Source: an uncultured Chloroflexia bacterium (GTDB lineage Bacteria > Chloroflexota > Chloroflexia > QHBQ01 > JADMIH01). Taken from it: a DNA stretch of 64,000 nt. Below the pieces are notes generated by a model. It was not told the DNA's origin. It searched no databases and worked only from the letters and a program-made list of their open reading frames with translations. Positions 1 to 9,235 of the stretch are shown here, piece by piece (positions within the stretch are counted from its first letter, which is position 1; each line of letters begins with the position of its first letter). The translations under genes and the position numbers were made by a program. Location: the NCBI GenBank assembly GCA_963797095.1, contig CAWCNY010000006.1, positions 128,001 through 192,000 on the forward strand, in the 5' to 3' direction.

Positions 1-1218
1 AGGCATCAGCATTTCTGGCGCGCCGAGCACGTAGCAACCTTGCAGGTCGGGTTCGTTGTATGACAAGGCGCTCCACTTCCAGGCCGACGAGAAGGGGACC
101 TCCTCGACTACTGTGCGCTTCTTGCCTTGCAGGGCCGCCCCGATGGCCTCGGATGTCTTGTTCCCAGCTGTGGTGTTCAGCGCGTAGTCGCCCAGCACTC
201 TTTCAAGCTTCGCCTTGTCCATCCCCAGCGGTTCCATCGTGTTGTACTTGATGGCGTTGGTGGTGAGGGTGCCCGTCTTGTCCAGGCAGAGCACGTTGAC
301 GTTGCTCAGCGATTCTACGGCGTTCGCCTGCTGGATCAACGCCCCTTTGCCCGACATCCTCACCGCGCCGACCGCGTATGCTACCGTGATCATGAAGAAG
401 AGGCCCTGCGGCACCAGCCCCACTATCACCGCCGACGCCTGGACGCTGTCCACTACCGATTGCTGTTGTCGCAGGAACGCCGAGATCAGCATCAGCCCAA
501 GCAGGGTGACAAGCACGATCAGCAGCCGGATGATGAAGTCAACGTCTTTTTGTAAAGGGGTCTTTACGAGGCGGTAGGCGCGTGCGCCTGAGGTCAACTG
601 GTTGGCGACGCTGGCATCCCCCACTTTGCGCGCCGCATAGCGGGTAGTGCCTGTCACGCAAAAGCTGCCCGAATAGACGGTGTCGCCCGCCCTCTTATGT
701 ATCAGGTCCGATTCGCCTGTAAGAAGCGATTCGTCGGCGTCTATTTCGCCGTCGCCCACTACCTCGCCGTCCACCACGATCTGGTCGCCGGGCCTTACAA
801 TGAGTACATCATCCAGGACGATTTCAGATGGGTCCAGGGTCTTTTCCGTGCCATTTCTCAATACAGTGGCTTTGGGGCGCATGAGGAGGGCGATCTTATC
901 GAGCTTCTGCTTGGCCCGTGCTTCCTGCACTACTCCCACTGCCACGTTGACGAGTACCACGCCTGCGGTCACTACCGCATCGTCGGCTCTCCCCATGATG
1001 ACAAGCACGATCCCTATGCTGAACAGGATCGTGTTGATGAACGTAAAGACGTTCTGGCGCACGATATCGAAGTACGACTTGCCCGTACCACCCGGCAGCT
1101 TGTTTACCTCGCCGCGCGTGATGCGCTGCACAACCTCTTCCTGGCTCAGACCCTGGGGCGATGCCGGTTTGGGTGGGGTGGACTGGGAAGTGTCTATTAC
1201 GCTTGCTGCTATAGACAC
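1..1218 (-). CDS. Cation-translocating P-type ATPase (HAD-IC, CtpE-like); 3' part runs off the window
   Basis: Manual translation of the minus strand from GTG at 1218 (AGGAG RBS upstream) gives GLSQEEV, VRPGDQIVVDG, DESLLTGES, GLVPQGL and the phosphorylation motif CLDKTGTLT. The frame is open to position 1. Not in the ORF track. Confidence 0.93.
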   Translation of the reverse strand, partial: MSIAASVIDTSQSTPPKPASPQGLSQEEVVQRITRGEVNKLPGGTGKSYFDIVRQNVFTFINTILFSIGIVLVIMGRADDAVVTAGVVLVNVAVGVVQEARAKQKLDKIALLMRPKATVLRNGTEKTLDPSEIVLDDVLIVRPGDQIVVDGEVVGDGEIDADESLLTGESDLIHKRAGDTVYSGSFCVTGTTRYAARKVGDASVANQLTSGARAYRLVKTPLQKDVDFIIRLLIVLVTLLGLMLISAFLRQQQSVVDSVQASAVIVGLVPQGLFFMITVAYAVGAVRMSGKGALIQQANAVESLSNVNVLCLDKTGTLTTNAIKYNTMEPLGMDKAKLERVLGDYALNTTAGNKTSEAIGAALQGKKRTVVEEVPFSSAWKWSALSYNEPDLQGCYVLGAPEMLMP

Positions 1219-1486
1219 AGCGCTCGCTCCTGAACTAGGGTGCCGCTATAGGGCACCAATGATACTATAGCGAAAGTTTTCCCTCCCAATTACCTGGGAG
1301 AGTTTTTACATTTTATCACTTTCGAGCGCAATTGCTACCCCTTGCTGCAAGGGAAACCCGTCACTAATATGTAGGACACGGGGTTGGGCCTGAATTAAGC
1401 TGGGCTGAAGATCCCAGGCGAACTCCTCTCTATTCTTCAGTGAAGGGTAGGGCCTGGTGAAGGACCCTTGGGTGGATGTATGCAAG

Positions 1487-1730
1487 CACCCCTCACCCCG
1501 ACCCCTCTCCCCACGAAATGGGGAGAGGGGAGTCTAAGAAGAAGATGAGAGTTGAGGGACACCCCCAAACCCCCGGCAGGCTGCTCCGCCTGCACCCCTT
1601 ATTGATGGAGTGTAAAGGAAGGGTTGGGACACCCCCAAAACCCGCTGTCAGGGGAGGACCCCTGCACCCCCTTTTAGCTGAGTATGCGGGCGAAGAGTTG
1701 AGGGAACACCGCACCCCCTTTTAGGGGGTG
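1487..1730. repeat. Cluster of REP-like palindromic units (CCCCTCTCCCC...GGGGAGAGGGG hairpin plus three GGGACACCCC...CTGCACCCC-like units)
   Basis: Units at about 1551, 1621 and 1696 (the last is degenerate) resemble copies at 7242-7287 and 23250-23317. Confidence 0.75.
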
Positions 1731-1735
1731 GGCCT

Positions 1736-1790
1736 TTCGAGAAACAGCCAAAAATGGCGGCGGAGCCGCCATTTTTGGCTGTTTCTCGAA
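1736..1790. terminator. Perfect 26-bp inverted repeat downstream of secA (terminator or REP-like)
   Basis: TTCGAGAAACAGCCAAAAATGGCGGC-GGA-GCCGCCATTTTTGGCTGTTTCTCGAA. Confidence 0.7.
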
Positions 1791-1851
1791 TCAAGTTGTA
1801 CGCCTGCGGACTTAGATTCGGGAGGCTGTATGTTTGTATGGCTTTCAGGTA

Positions 1852-4800
1852 TTATCTGCCGTGGCAGACTTTGTACTTCTTGCCGCTGCCGCACCAGCAT
1901 GGGTCGTTGCGGCCGATCTTTTGCCTGCCTGCGCCTACGCCAGCGGTGACTGCCGGGCCTGGTCTCTGGGCCTGGCCTGGACGTGGGGCAGACCTGCCGT
2001 TCCCCGCGCCGTTGCCTGGGCGTTGGGCCTGGTGCTGGCCTGGACGGGCTGCGCCTACCCCTGCCTTGACTTTGCCCGCACCCTGACCGGCCTGTGCTTC
2101 CTGGCGGGCCTTCTGCTCCATAGCTGATTGCGCAGCCGCACGCTTGATCTGGGCGCGTGCCTCCTCGGCCCTGCCGCCCATCATGAGCACGTTGAGGACA
2201 GACAACTGCCTGATCTCCGCTTTCAGGTCGTCAAACAGCTCGTAAGCCTTCACTTTGTACTGCACGAGCGGGTCCTTCTGGCCGTATGCCTGCAAGCCTA
2301 TGGAGTGGCGCAACTGCTCCATCGTGGTCAGGTGGCGGGTCCAGAGGTAGTCGATCACCCGTAACAGCAAGTCCGACTCCTGCCAGCGCACGAACGCATT
2401 GGTTACGATGTTACGCACTTCGGGGTCGAGCTGTATGAGCGGGATATTCTCGATCTCCTCCAGCTTCTCCAGCCCAAGCTGCGCCTCGATCTGCCTGTAG
2501 ACCGACCTTGGCAGCCTGTTGTCCACCAGGGCGATCAAGGGCATTGTCTCATTGGTCTCAATGAACACCCCGGCCAGCGTGGCCTCGATCTCCTGGTACA
2601 GAGCGTCAAGCTGGACCTGGATCTCCTCCACTACCGGCGATGCCCCATCGGCCGGCATCATCGAAGAAGAGTGCCCGCCGGTCTCGGCATCGGCGTACCT
2701 GGCCGCCGAAACGGGTGACAGGGCAAATCGCCCATCGATGTATTCCAGCAGCGAGCGCGTCCTTGCCTCGGCTGCTTCACCTCCTGCTGCTACAACTTTG
2801 GACGCCTCCGAATGTACGTAGTCGAGCAGTCTCTGAAGAGCCTCTTTGTTCTGCCGCTCGAAGCCCTCACGCGCAAGCTCGCCCAGGTATTCGAGAGCAT
2901 CCTCGTACTCCATCTCTTCGTCGCTCATGTGCCTGACCACATCGGCGGGCAATCCTAGTGAGCGTTGTAGTTTGCTGTAGTCGACGGTGCCTTGCCCGGC
3001 CTGCTCGTAATAGACGTCGCCTATGTGGTAGAAGTCGCGTAGGCGGTCGTCCAGGCCCTTGATGTTGGCCTCCATAGCGCCCTCGTATGCCTCGTGCGCT
3101 ATCTCCTCCAATTCCTCACGGAAGCCTTCGGCATCGCCTTCCTGCGCGATTGGGGCCACGCGCGAAGTGAGGATGGAGCGAAGCAGTCGCCTGATCACAT
3201 CGTCGGGAAAGGTCTCTTTGAGGGCGCCGAACATCTCGGTGTAGCCCGACACCTCCTTGCCCTTCTTCTTCCTGCCTGTGGATTCGTCAACCTGCACGGG
3301 GGCGGCCACTTCCTCGACTTTCTCCCCGATCATCTCCTGCACGATAGACCTGGGGTCGCCGTCGCGCAGGATGAAGCGGCGCTCGTTGTAGATCACGTCG
3401 CGCTGGGTGTTGATCACATCGTCATATTCGACCAGATGCTTTCTGATGTCGAAGTTGTAGCCCTCCATCTTCACCTGCGCCTGCTCGACGCTCTTGCTGA
3501 TCATGGAGTGCTCGATGGGCATATCCTCTTCCCACAAGCTCTTGAAGAGGTTGGAGTTGATGATGTTCTGGTTCACGCCCGAACGGCGCATGATCTCGTC
3601 CTCGATGCTCACGAAGAAGCGGGACGAGCCGTTGTCGCCCTGCCTGCCTGCGCGGCCTCGAAGCTGGTTGTCGATACGTCTGCTCTCGTGCCGCTCGGTG
3701 CCGATGATATGCAGGCCGCCTACCTCGTTCACTCCAAAGCCGAGGACTATGTCGGTGCCACGGCCTGCCATGTTGGTGGCGATGGTGATCGCGCCCCGCT
3801 GGCCCGCTTGCGCCACGATGCTCGCCTCGCGTTCGTGCTGCTTGGCGTTCAGCACCGAGTGAGTCAGGTCGCGCTCCTCCAGCATCTTGCTCAGCTCTTC
3901 CGATTTCTCGATGGAGACCGTACCGACCAGCACCGGCCTCCCGTCGTTGTGCATCTCCTCGATCTCGTCCACTACCGCCCGGAACTTGGCTTTCTCAGTG
4001 CGATAGATGCGGTCGGGGTGATCCTGGCGGATCATGGGCTTGTGCGTGGGGATCGTCATGACCTCCAGCTTGTAGATCTTCATGAACTCCTCGGCCTCGG
4101 TGACCGCGGTTCCGGTCATGCCCGCCAGCTTCGGGTAGAGCCTGAAGTAGTTCTGGATTGTGATGGTGGCGAATGTCTGGCTCTCGGACTGAACCTTGAT
4201 ACCCTCTTTGGCCTCGATCGCTTCGTGCAAGCCCTCGGAATATCGACGACCTTGCATGAGGCGGCCCGTAAACTCGTCCACGATCACTACCTCTACGGGG
4301 GCTTTGGGGTTGAGCCGCTCACCCGCGCTGATCACTTTGCCTTCCTGCCACAGCACATAGTCTTTGTCGCGCTTGAAGAGGGCGTGTGCCTTGAGAGCGT
4401 TGTCCACGCCGTACACAAGCTGGAAGTTGTCTGGGTGGTAGAGGTTGTCTACCCTGAAATACGCCTCGGCCCGGTCGATGCCTTCTTCGGTGAGCACCGC
4501 GCTGCGGCTCTTCTCGTCCATCTCGTAGTCGACACCCTCGCGCAAAGTGCGGGCGAAGCCAGCAGCCCTGATGTGTACCTCGGCGGAGCCTTCGGATGCG
4601 CCTGAAATGATCAGCGGGGTGCGCGCTTCGTCGATCAGGATGTTGTCAACCTCGTCCACGATGCAGTAGTTGTGCGCTCGCTGCACTAGGTCGTCGGGAT
4701 TATTGGAAATGTTATCGCGCAGGTAGTCGAAGCCTAACTCGGCGTTGGTGCCGTAGGTGATGTCGGACATATATTCGGCGCGGCGCTCCCAGGGGGCCAT

Positions 4801-6477
4801 GCCGGACAGGATCACGCCAACAGAGAGGCCGAGCATCTTGAATGCAGGCCCCATCCAATCGGCGTCGCGCTTGACCAGGTACTCGTTCACCGTGCACAGG
4901 TGCGCGCCCCTGGAGGTCAGGCCGTTCAGGTAGAGGGGCGATACCTCCACCAGCGTCTTGCCCTCTCCGGTCTTCATCTCGGCGATCTTCCCTTCGTGGA
5001 GGATCACGCCGCCCATCAACTGCACCTCGTAGGGCCGCATGCCGGTGGTGCGCCGGGATGCCTCCCATATAGCCGCGAACGACTCCGGCATCATCTCGTT
5101 GAGCACGCGCTGCTCGTCCTTGCGCTGTTCGGTCTTGTGCTCTTCCTGTATGCCCTTCAGGCGGTCGTACGCCCCCCTGTCTTGGAGGCGCAGGTCGTTC
5201 ATTATCTCGTTGAAGGTGGAGGCTTCCAGGGCATCTCTGCGCCGCATGAAGTCGCCCACTTCGTCGGGCTTGATCATCACCGGCGCGCGCTTGTCCTCGA
5301 ATTGCGCCATGATCTTGTCTATGAGGGCGTCCTGCTCGTCGTCCAACTCGGCGAAGCGCTGCACGAACGGCTCGAGCGCGCCCTGGCCCACCACGTCCGC
5401 TACTTTGCCCCAGGTGTTTGCCCAGAAGGCAGTGCGGGCTTCCAGTATGCGCGCCCTGAACATGGAGGACCACGCCTGCAATCGCTCTTCTCGCGATGCA
5501 AACCGCTCGGCCAGCGCCATCACCTTGGAAGTCTTGTTCCCGGCAACTGCTCCAGCGATTGCAAGCAACTCGGCGGTGGCCTGTTCCTCCCAGTAGAGGA
5601 TATCGGCAAGCTCGTCTTTTTCTGGCGTGCCAACCTGCCGTGGGTCGTTGCCCCGGCGGTTGCGGCCAGCCTGCTGTGGTACGGCCTGGTCCTCCTCGAT
5701 GCCTGCTGCCACCTTCACCTCTGACGGCAGCCTGAATCCCTGCCGCCCCAGGTGCTTTACCAGGTCGTGCTTGTATAGAGCACGCACCAGGTCGTTGGTG
5801 GCCTTCTCCAGGTCGGCCTGCGGCTCTTCACCGATCATATCGATCAGCATGGAGAGGCCGATGGCGCGCCTGAGCACGACTGTCGTGTCGTTGGTCTTGC
5901 CGAAGTAGTCGGCCACCTCGCGCCCCAGGAACTGCGCGACCGCATCCACCTGCTTGATCATTTCGTCGGCGGTGGCCTTCTTGGGGTAGAAGCTGGCCTT
6001 TGGGACGTCGTGCAGGATCGCTTCGCGCAAGCCTGTCTTTTGCTCTACCATCGCTGCTAGCTGCTCGCCAAGCTCTGCCACCAAAGTGTCGATCTCTTGT
6101 TCAAGCTCGCGCCTCTCTGCCGGGGGCCTTTGCAAACGCTCGGCGTTCATGGTGGCAAGCTGCTTGGAGTCGGCCAGCAACACCGACAGGTCGCGGCTCG
6201 TCTGCTCGCCCTTCTCGACGACCGCCCGCAAGGCTTCGGCCTGCCCCGCGAGTTTCCGCGCTTCCGCAGCCACCGACGTGATCTCGCCGCGAAGTGTCGA
6301 CTGCCACTCAGCGCCGCTTTTCGCCATTACTTCGAGGGCTTCGTCGCGGATCGCCGCCACGTAGTCTCGCTCGGTCTCCAGCAACTCCTCCGTCTCCGAG
6401 TTGGCTTCAGCGACGATCCTGCGCAAGCGGTCAAGCTCTTTGTCGGTGGTGTCGAACATCTTCTGTAACCATTTCAT
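1852..6477 (-). CDS. secA: Preprotein translocase subunit SecA with large N-terminal and wing-domain insertions
   Basis: Walker A motif AEMKTGEGKTL, IVDEVDNILIDEARTPLIISG, IATNMAGRGTDI, ERHESRRIDNQLRGRAGRQGD and the C-terminal SEC-C motif GRNDPCWCGSGKKYKVCHG. Confidence 0.98.
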   Translation of the reverse strand: MKWLQKMFDTTDKELDRLRRIVAEANSETEELLETERDYVAAIRDEALEVMAKSGAEWQSTLRGEITSVAAEARKLAGQAEALRAVVEKGEQTSRDLSVLLADSKQLATMNAERLQRPPAERRELEQEIDTLVAELGEQLAAMVEQKTGLREAILHDVPKASFYPKKATADEMIKQVDAVAQFLGREVADYFGKTNDTTVVLRRAIGLSMLIDMIGEEPQADLEKATNDLVRALYKHDLVKHLGRQGFRLPSEVKVAAGIEEDQAVPQQAGRNRRGNDPRQVGTPEKDELADILYWEEQATAELLAIAGAVAGNKTSKVMALAERFASREERLQAWSSMFRARILEARTAFWANTWGKVADVVGQGALEPFVQRFAELDDEQDALIDKIMAQFEDKRAPVMIKPDEVGDFMRRRDALEASTFNEIMNDLRLQDRGAYDRLKGIQEEHKTEQRKDEQRVLNEMMPESFAAIWEASRRTTGMRPYEVQLMGGVILHEGKIAEMKTGEGKTLVEVSPLYLNGLTSRGAHLCTVNEYLVKRDADWMGPAFKMLGLSVGVILSGMAPWERRAEYMSDITYGTNAELGFDYLRDNISNNPDDLVQRAHNYCIVDEVDNILIDEARTPLIISGASEGSAEVHIRAAGFARTLREGVDYEMDEKSRSAVLTEEGIDRAEAYFRVDNLYHPDNFQLVYGVDNALKAHALFKRDKDYVLWQEGKVISAGERLNPKAPVEVVIVDEFTGRLMQGRRYSEGLHEAIEAKEGIKVQSESQTFATITIQNYFRLYPKLAGMTGTAVTEAEEFMKIYKLEVMTIPTHKPMIRQDHPDRIYRTEKAKFRAVVDEIEEMHNDGRPVLVGTVSIEKSEELSKMLEERDLTHSVLNAKQHEREASIVAQAGQRGAITIATNMAGRGTDIVLGFGVNEVGGLHIIGTERHESRRIDNQLRGRAGRQGDNGSSRFFVSIEDEIMRRSGVNQNIINSNLFKSLWEEDMPIEHSMISKSVEQAQVKMEGYNFDIRKHLVEYDDVINTQRDVIYNERRFILRDGDPRSIVQEMIGEKVEEVAAPVQVDESTGRKKKGKEVSGYTEMFGALKETFPDDVIRRLLRSILTSRVAPIAQEGDAEGFREELEEIAHEAYEGAMEANIKGLDDRLRDFYHIGDVYYEQAGQGTVDYSKLQRSLGLPADVVRHMSDEEMEYEDALEYLGELAREGFERQNKEALQRLLDYVHSEASKVVAAGGEAAEARTRSLLEYIDGRFALSPVSAARYADAETGGHSSSMMPADGASPVVEEIQVQLDALYQEIEATLAGVFIETNETMPLIALVDNRLPRSVYRQIEAQLGLEKLEEIENIPLIQLDPEVRNIVTNAFVRWQESDLLLRVIDYLWTRHLTTMEQLRHSIGLQAYGQKDPLVQYKVKAYELFDDLKAEIRQLSVLNVLMMGGRAEEARAQIKRAAAQSAMEQKARQEAQAGQGAGKVKAGVGAARPGQHQAQRPGNGAGNGRSAPRPGQAQRPGPAVTAGVGAGRQKIGRNDPCWCGSGKKYKVCHGR

Positions 6478-6676
6478 TTGTTTGTCCCTTTATGAGTCGG
6501 ATTGCAACTCGTGGTTCGTGATCTTGTTCATTCCTGACCAGGCCCGTCAGGCTGGGCTGTGGATTATTGAAGTAAGTTGAGCCTGAGAGAAGGAAGAGAT
6601 GAATATGAGACAAACCCACTGCCATAAATCAGCATGGAGAATCAGGCTCTGACTAAAGGTCGGGCGGACCTTCAGG

Positions 6677-7171
6677 CTAAGCTACGTGCGGGATGTCGGG
6701 GGCTTTGAGGTAGTCGTATTTATAGGTGCTGTGGGCGACCTGGTGGCCGTCGAGGTAGGTCTCGCCAAATACGGCCCCACTGTTCGCCACATCGAGCGGG
6801 CGATAGAGGCCAACTGCTGTGCCTGGGGTATGCCCGCCAGACGTAGAGGGCCGCTCACCTTTTCTCGCCTGGCTTGCTTTGGGATTCGCGAGGGCGTAGC
6901 GGCTCTGGAGGCCATCTCTGGGGTCAATTGCTATCCTGAGAGTCTTGGCGACAACTGAGTCGGCAAGGCTACCGGTGGCTGCTGTGAGGAGGGTAATCGC
7001 TTCGTGCGAAGTTATCTCCACCAGGAATAGAGTGGTGGCTGACGTTGTGGATGAGACGAGGAAGCTTGCGGGCTGCACGCTGCTGCCAGCGACGTTGCCC
7101 GAAATCAGCAGCCCCACTACCATGAGGGTAGTCGCTATATTCGCTGTATGTATGCGTGCCTTACTCAACAT
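6677..7171 (-). CDS. Hypothetical exported protein upstream of secA (candidate SecM-like leader)
   Basis: 164 aa with a basic N-terminus and hydrophobic stretch (IATTLMVVGLLISG). A promoter-like sequence lies immediately upstream and the ORF is co-oriented with secA. Confidence 0.55.
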   Translation of the reverse strand: MLSKARIHTANIATTLMVVGLLISGNVAGSSVQPASFLVSSTTSATTLFLVEITSHEAITLLTAATGSLADSVVAKTLRIAIDPRDGLQSRYALANPKASQARKGERPSTSGGHTPGTAVGLYRPLDVANSGAVFGETYLDGHQVAHSTYKYDYLKAPDIPHVA

Positions 7172-7175
7172 CTAC

Positions 7176-7204
7176 ATCCTAAGCCAGATAACCCGTCCAG
7201 TCAA
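7176..7204 (-). promoter_or_regulatory. Sigma70-type promoter for the uORF-secA unit
   Basis: Minus strand TTGACT-17 bp-TAGGAT, 4 nt before the ATG at 7171. Confidence 0.55.
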
Positions 7205-7300
7205 TAGTCTCTTATAGGAAGAGGGAAATAGTGGAGAAAGATTGGGGACACCCCAAGCCCCGGCAGGGGTGCACCCCTGCACTCCCTTTACCATTAAATC

Positions 7301-8371
7301 TTAGCCTTTGATCTCAAACCAGTTCGCCATGCCGAGGGCCTTCACTGCGCCTTCCATGGCTCGTGTGAAGTGGGCCTGGTCCACGGTCATCGCCGCGCTC
7401 TCGCCGTCCTTCGACCTCTGGACCTGCATGTTAGCAATCGGCGACTCTTCCAACTCGCTGTACAGCTTCTCGGCCAGGGGCTGAGCGTCGCGCAGGTTCG
7501 CTATCTCTTTGTTCGCCAGCATACCCGCGTACCGCTCATACGCTTCGGTGTTCAATAGCCGCAGGTTGGCTAGCTGCACCGCCAGGTAGGTGCGCCTCTG
7601 GTCCTCTTTCTCAGGAGCCATTATCTGGGCGGTCAGGGTGGCGAGCATTTCCATTACGCCTGTGCGGAACTGCGCGGGGTCGTTTCCTGCCGACTCCAGT
7701 AAGCCTACCAGCTTGTTCAGGTTGCGCTCCGACAGATAGCGGTTGAACATACTCTCGGACCCCGTGAGCATCTGCGCTATGTCGAGGCCCCACCTGCGCT
7801 GCGCGTCGTAAAGCACTTCGCTCAGGCTCTTGAGTCTCTGGATCATCCAGGCGTGGTCGCCCAGCGTCAATAAATACGAAAGCAAGGGCGCGATCGTTTC
7901 CTTGTCTCGCGAGCCCGATTTTACCGACAACTGAGGCAGCTTTTGCCCCAGGTGCGCCTCGAAGTGGAGCAGTTTGTGCAGGATCGTGCCGACCAGGGGC
8001 GCGGGGCCATCTTCTCCTGCGGAGCCCAATTCCGGGTTGTATTCTACCGTCACGCCTCGAGTGCCCGACTTTAGCTCTACCAGGGTGGTAGTGGAGGGTC
8101 GCAGGTAGACATTCTGGCCCCACGCGCCCGCCATTGTGAGCATCAGGCGGTTGAACTCGTCGTGTACTTGAGGAGGAAGGGCCTTGTTGCCGGCTCCTAC
8201 TCTTGAGAGGAGGAAACGGAGTGTATCGACGCCGATCCTGCAATAGCGGCAAGGTTCGGTTTGATGCCGCGTGCTGTCGAGCGTGATCCACCCCGGACAT
8301 TGGGGGGTGGGACACTTGACCACTTTGGGCGTCTGCAAATAAAGGGATTGCTCCACGTCAGTTGTGGGCAT
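7301..8371 (-). CDS. Hypothetical protein with an N-terminal Cys4 zinc ribbon and an HExxH-like (HKLLH) motif
   Basis: CPTPQC...CRYC and GTILHKLLHFEAH. Start at MPTTD chosen for the upstream GGAG; the alternative is 8389. Confidence 0.8.
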   Translation of the reverse strand: MPTTDVEQSLYLQTPKVVKCPTPQCPGWITLDSTRHQTEPCRYCRIGVDTLRFLLSRVGAGNKALPPQVHDEFNRLMLTMAGAWGQNVYLRPSTTTLVELKSGTRGVTVEYNPELGSAGEDGPAPLVGTILHKLLHFEAHLGQKLPQLSVKSGSRDKETIAPLLSYLLTLGDHAWMIQRLKSLSEVLYDAQRRWGLDIAQMLTGSESMFNRYLSERNLNKLVGLLESAGNDPAQFRTGVMEMLATLTAQIMAPEKEDQRRTYLAVQLANLRLLNTEAYERYAGMLANKEIANLRDAQPLAEKLYSELEESPIANMQVQRSKDGESAAMTVDQAHFTRAMEGAVKALGMANWFEIKG

Positions 8372-8538
8372 AGAGACACTTTTCTCCATCGGAAGATTAA
8401 GGATGCTACATACTAATTGTACCGTAAACCACCCCTCTCTGCCAGTTGCGGCGGCACCCAGGCGGATAGCTGGCCGGCTGTGCGGGCGTACCCTGTTGGT
8501 GGTGATTATTCTTGCCCTCATATATTATAAGGCAAAGA

Positions 8539-9116
8539 TAGGGCAAAACGGGACAGGTTTTGGGGTGTACTTTCGGGTGGTTTTTATTAGTGCGGGGTGC
8601 GGGGTGCGGGGTTCGGTTGTGGTGTTGAGAGTGAGTGAATGTTCCTACGCCCCTACGGGGCTATGGCATTATCTTGGGCTTGCCACAGGGCGTAAGCCCT
8701 GGGCTACTCTCTTGCGTCCCTACGGGACTTGGCTTGGTTGGGTGATAGTGCGGCAGGTGGGATGAAAAGTCAGATAGAGCCTTAGGAAACGACGCCTATC
8801 TAAGCTCTTGCCATTCTGAATGAAGTGCAGAACCTGGGATCCTGACCTGGATCAATGCCTGGCATTTTAGATCCTTCGATTCGTTCAGAATAACACATCC
8901 AATCTTAGTGATACATCCAATCTTGGTGTGCCGATCATTCAGAATGACATATCCAAACCTGGTGTGCCTGATACCGACTTTGGATCAACCCGTGATAGTG
9001 CGCGTGTAAACGTTCGGATTGGAGGTAAGAAGAAGAGTAGGGGCACCCTTTATGGGTGCTCTGATGGGGAGAGTTCGAGGCATGCAAACAGGGCACCCAC
9101 CAGGGGTGCCCCTACT
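8539..9116. repeat. Mosaic of REP-like elements in a divergent intergenic region
   Basis: A 35-bp dispersed repeat (8539-8573), GTGCGGG heptamers, a CCCTACGGG/GCCCTGGGC unit (8641-8730), CATTCTGAA...TTCAGAATRAC arms, an 18-bp tandem ACATCCAATCTT unit and GTAGGGGCACCC...GGGTGCCCCTAC. Confidence 0.75.
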
Positions 9117-9235
9117 CCGGTGTCTTCTCTATCCTAATTCTGAGAGTTCACGTGCGCGTCAAAGTTAGACGAAAACCCTCAAACGATGATACAATGGCAC
9201 TGATACACAATTTTTATATCGTCGGATAAGAACCT

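Noticed and set aside
1380-1432. GGAGTTCGCC on the minus strand as a fluoride riboswitch, or CTGAAGA as a hammerhead core
   Set aside because: The flanking conserved elements (GGCGAT and GCTRATGAC for the riboswitch; GAAA and stems for the hammerhead) are absent.
3094-4605. Long plus-strand ORFs opposite secA and similar shadow ORFs elsewhere (e.g. 53331-54293, 14090-15145)
   Set aside because: They are antisense to well-supported genes, a typical high-GC codon artefact, with no motifs.
5103-6375. SecA insertion as an intein
   Set aside because: No C/S-start and HN-C/S/T splice junctions or LAGLIDADG blocks, and the insert is helical in composition.
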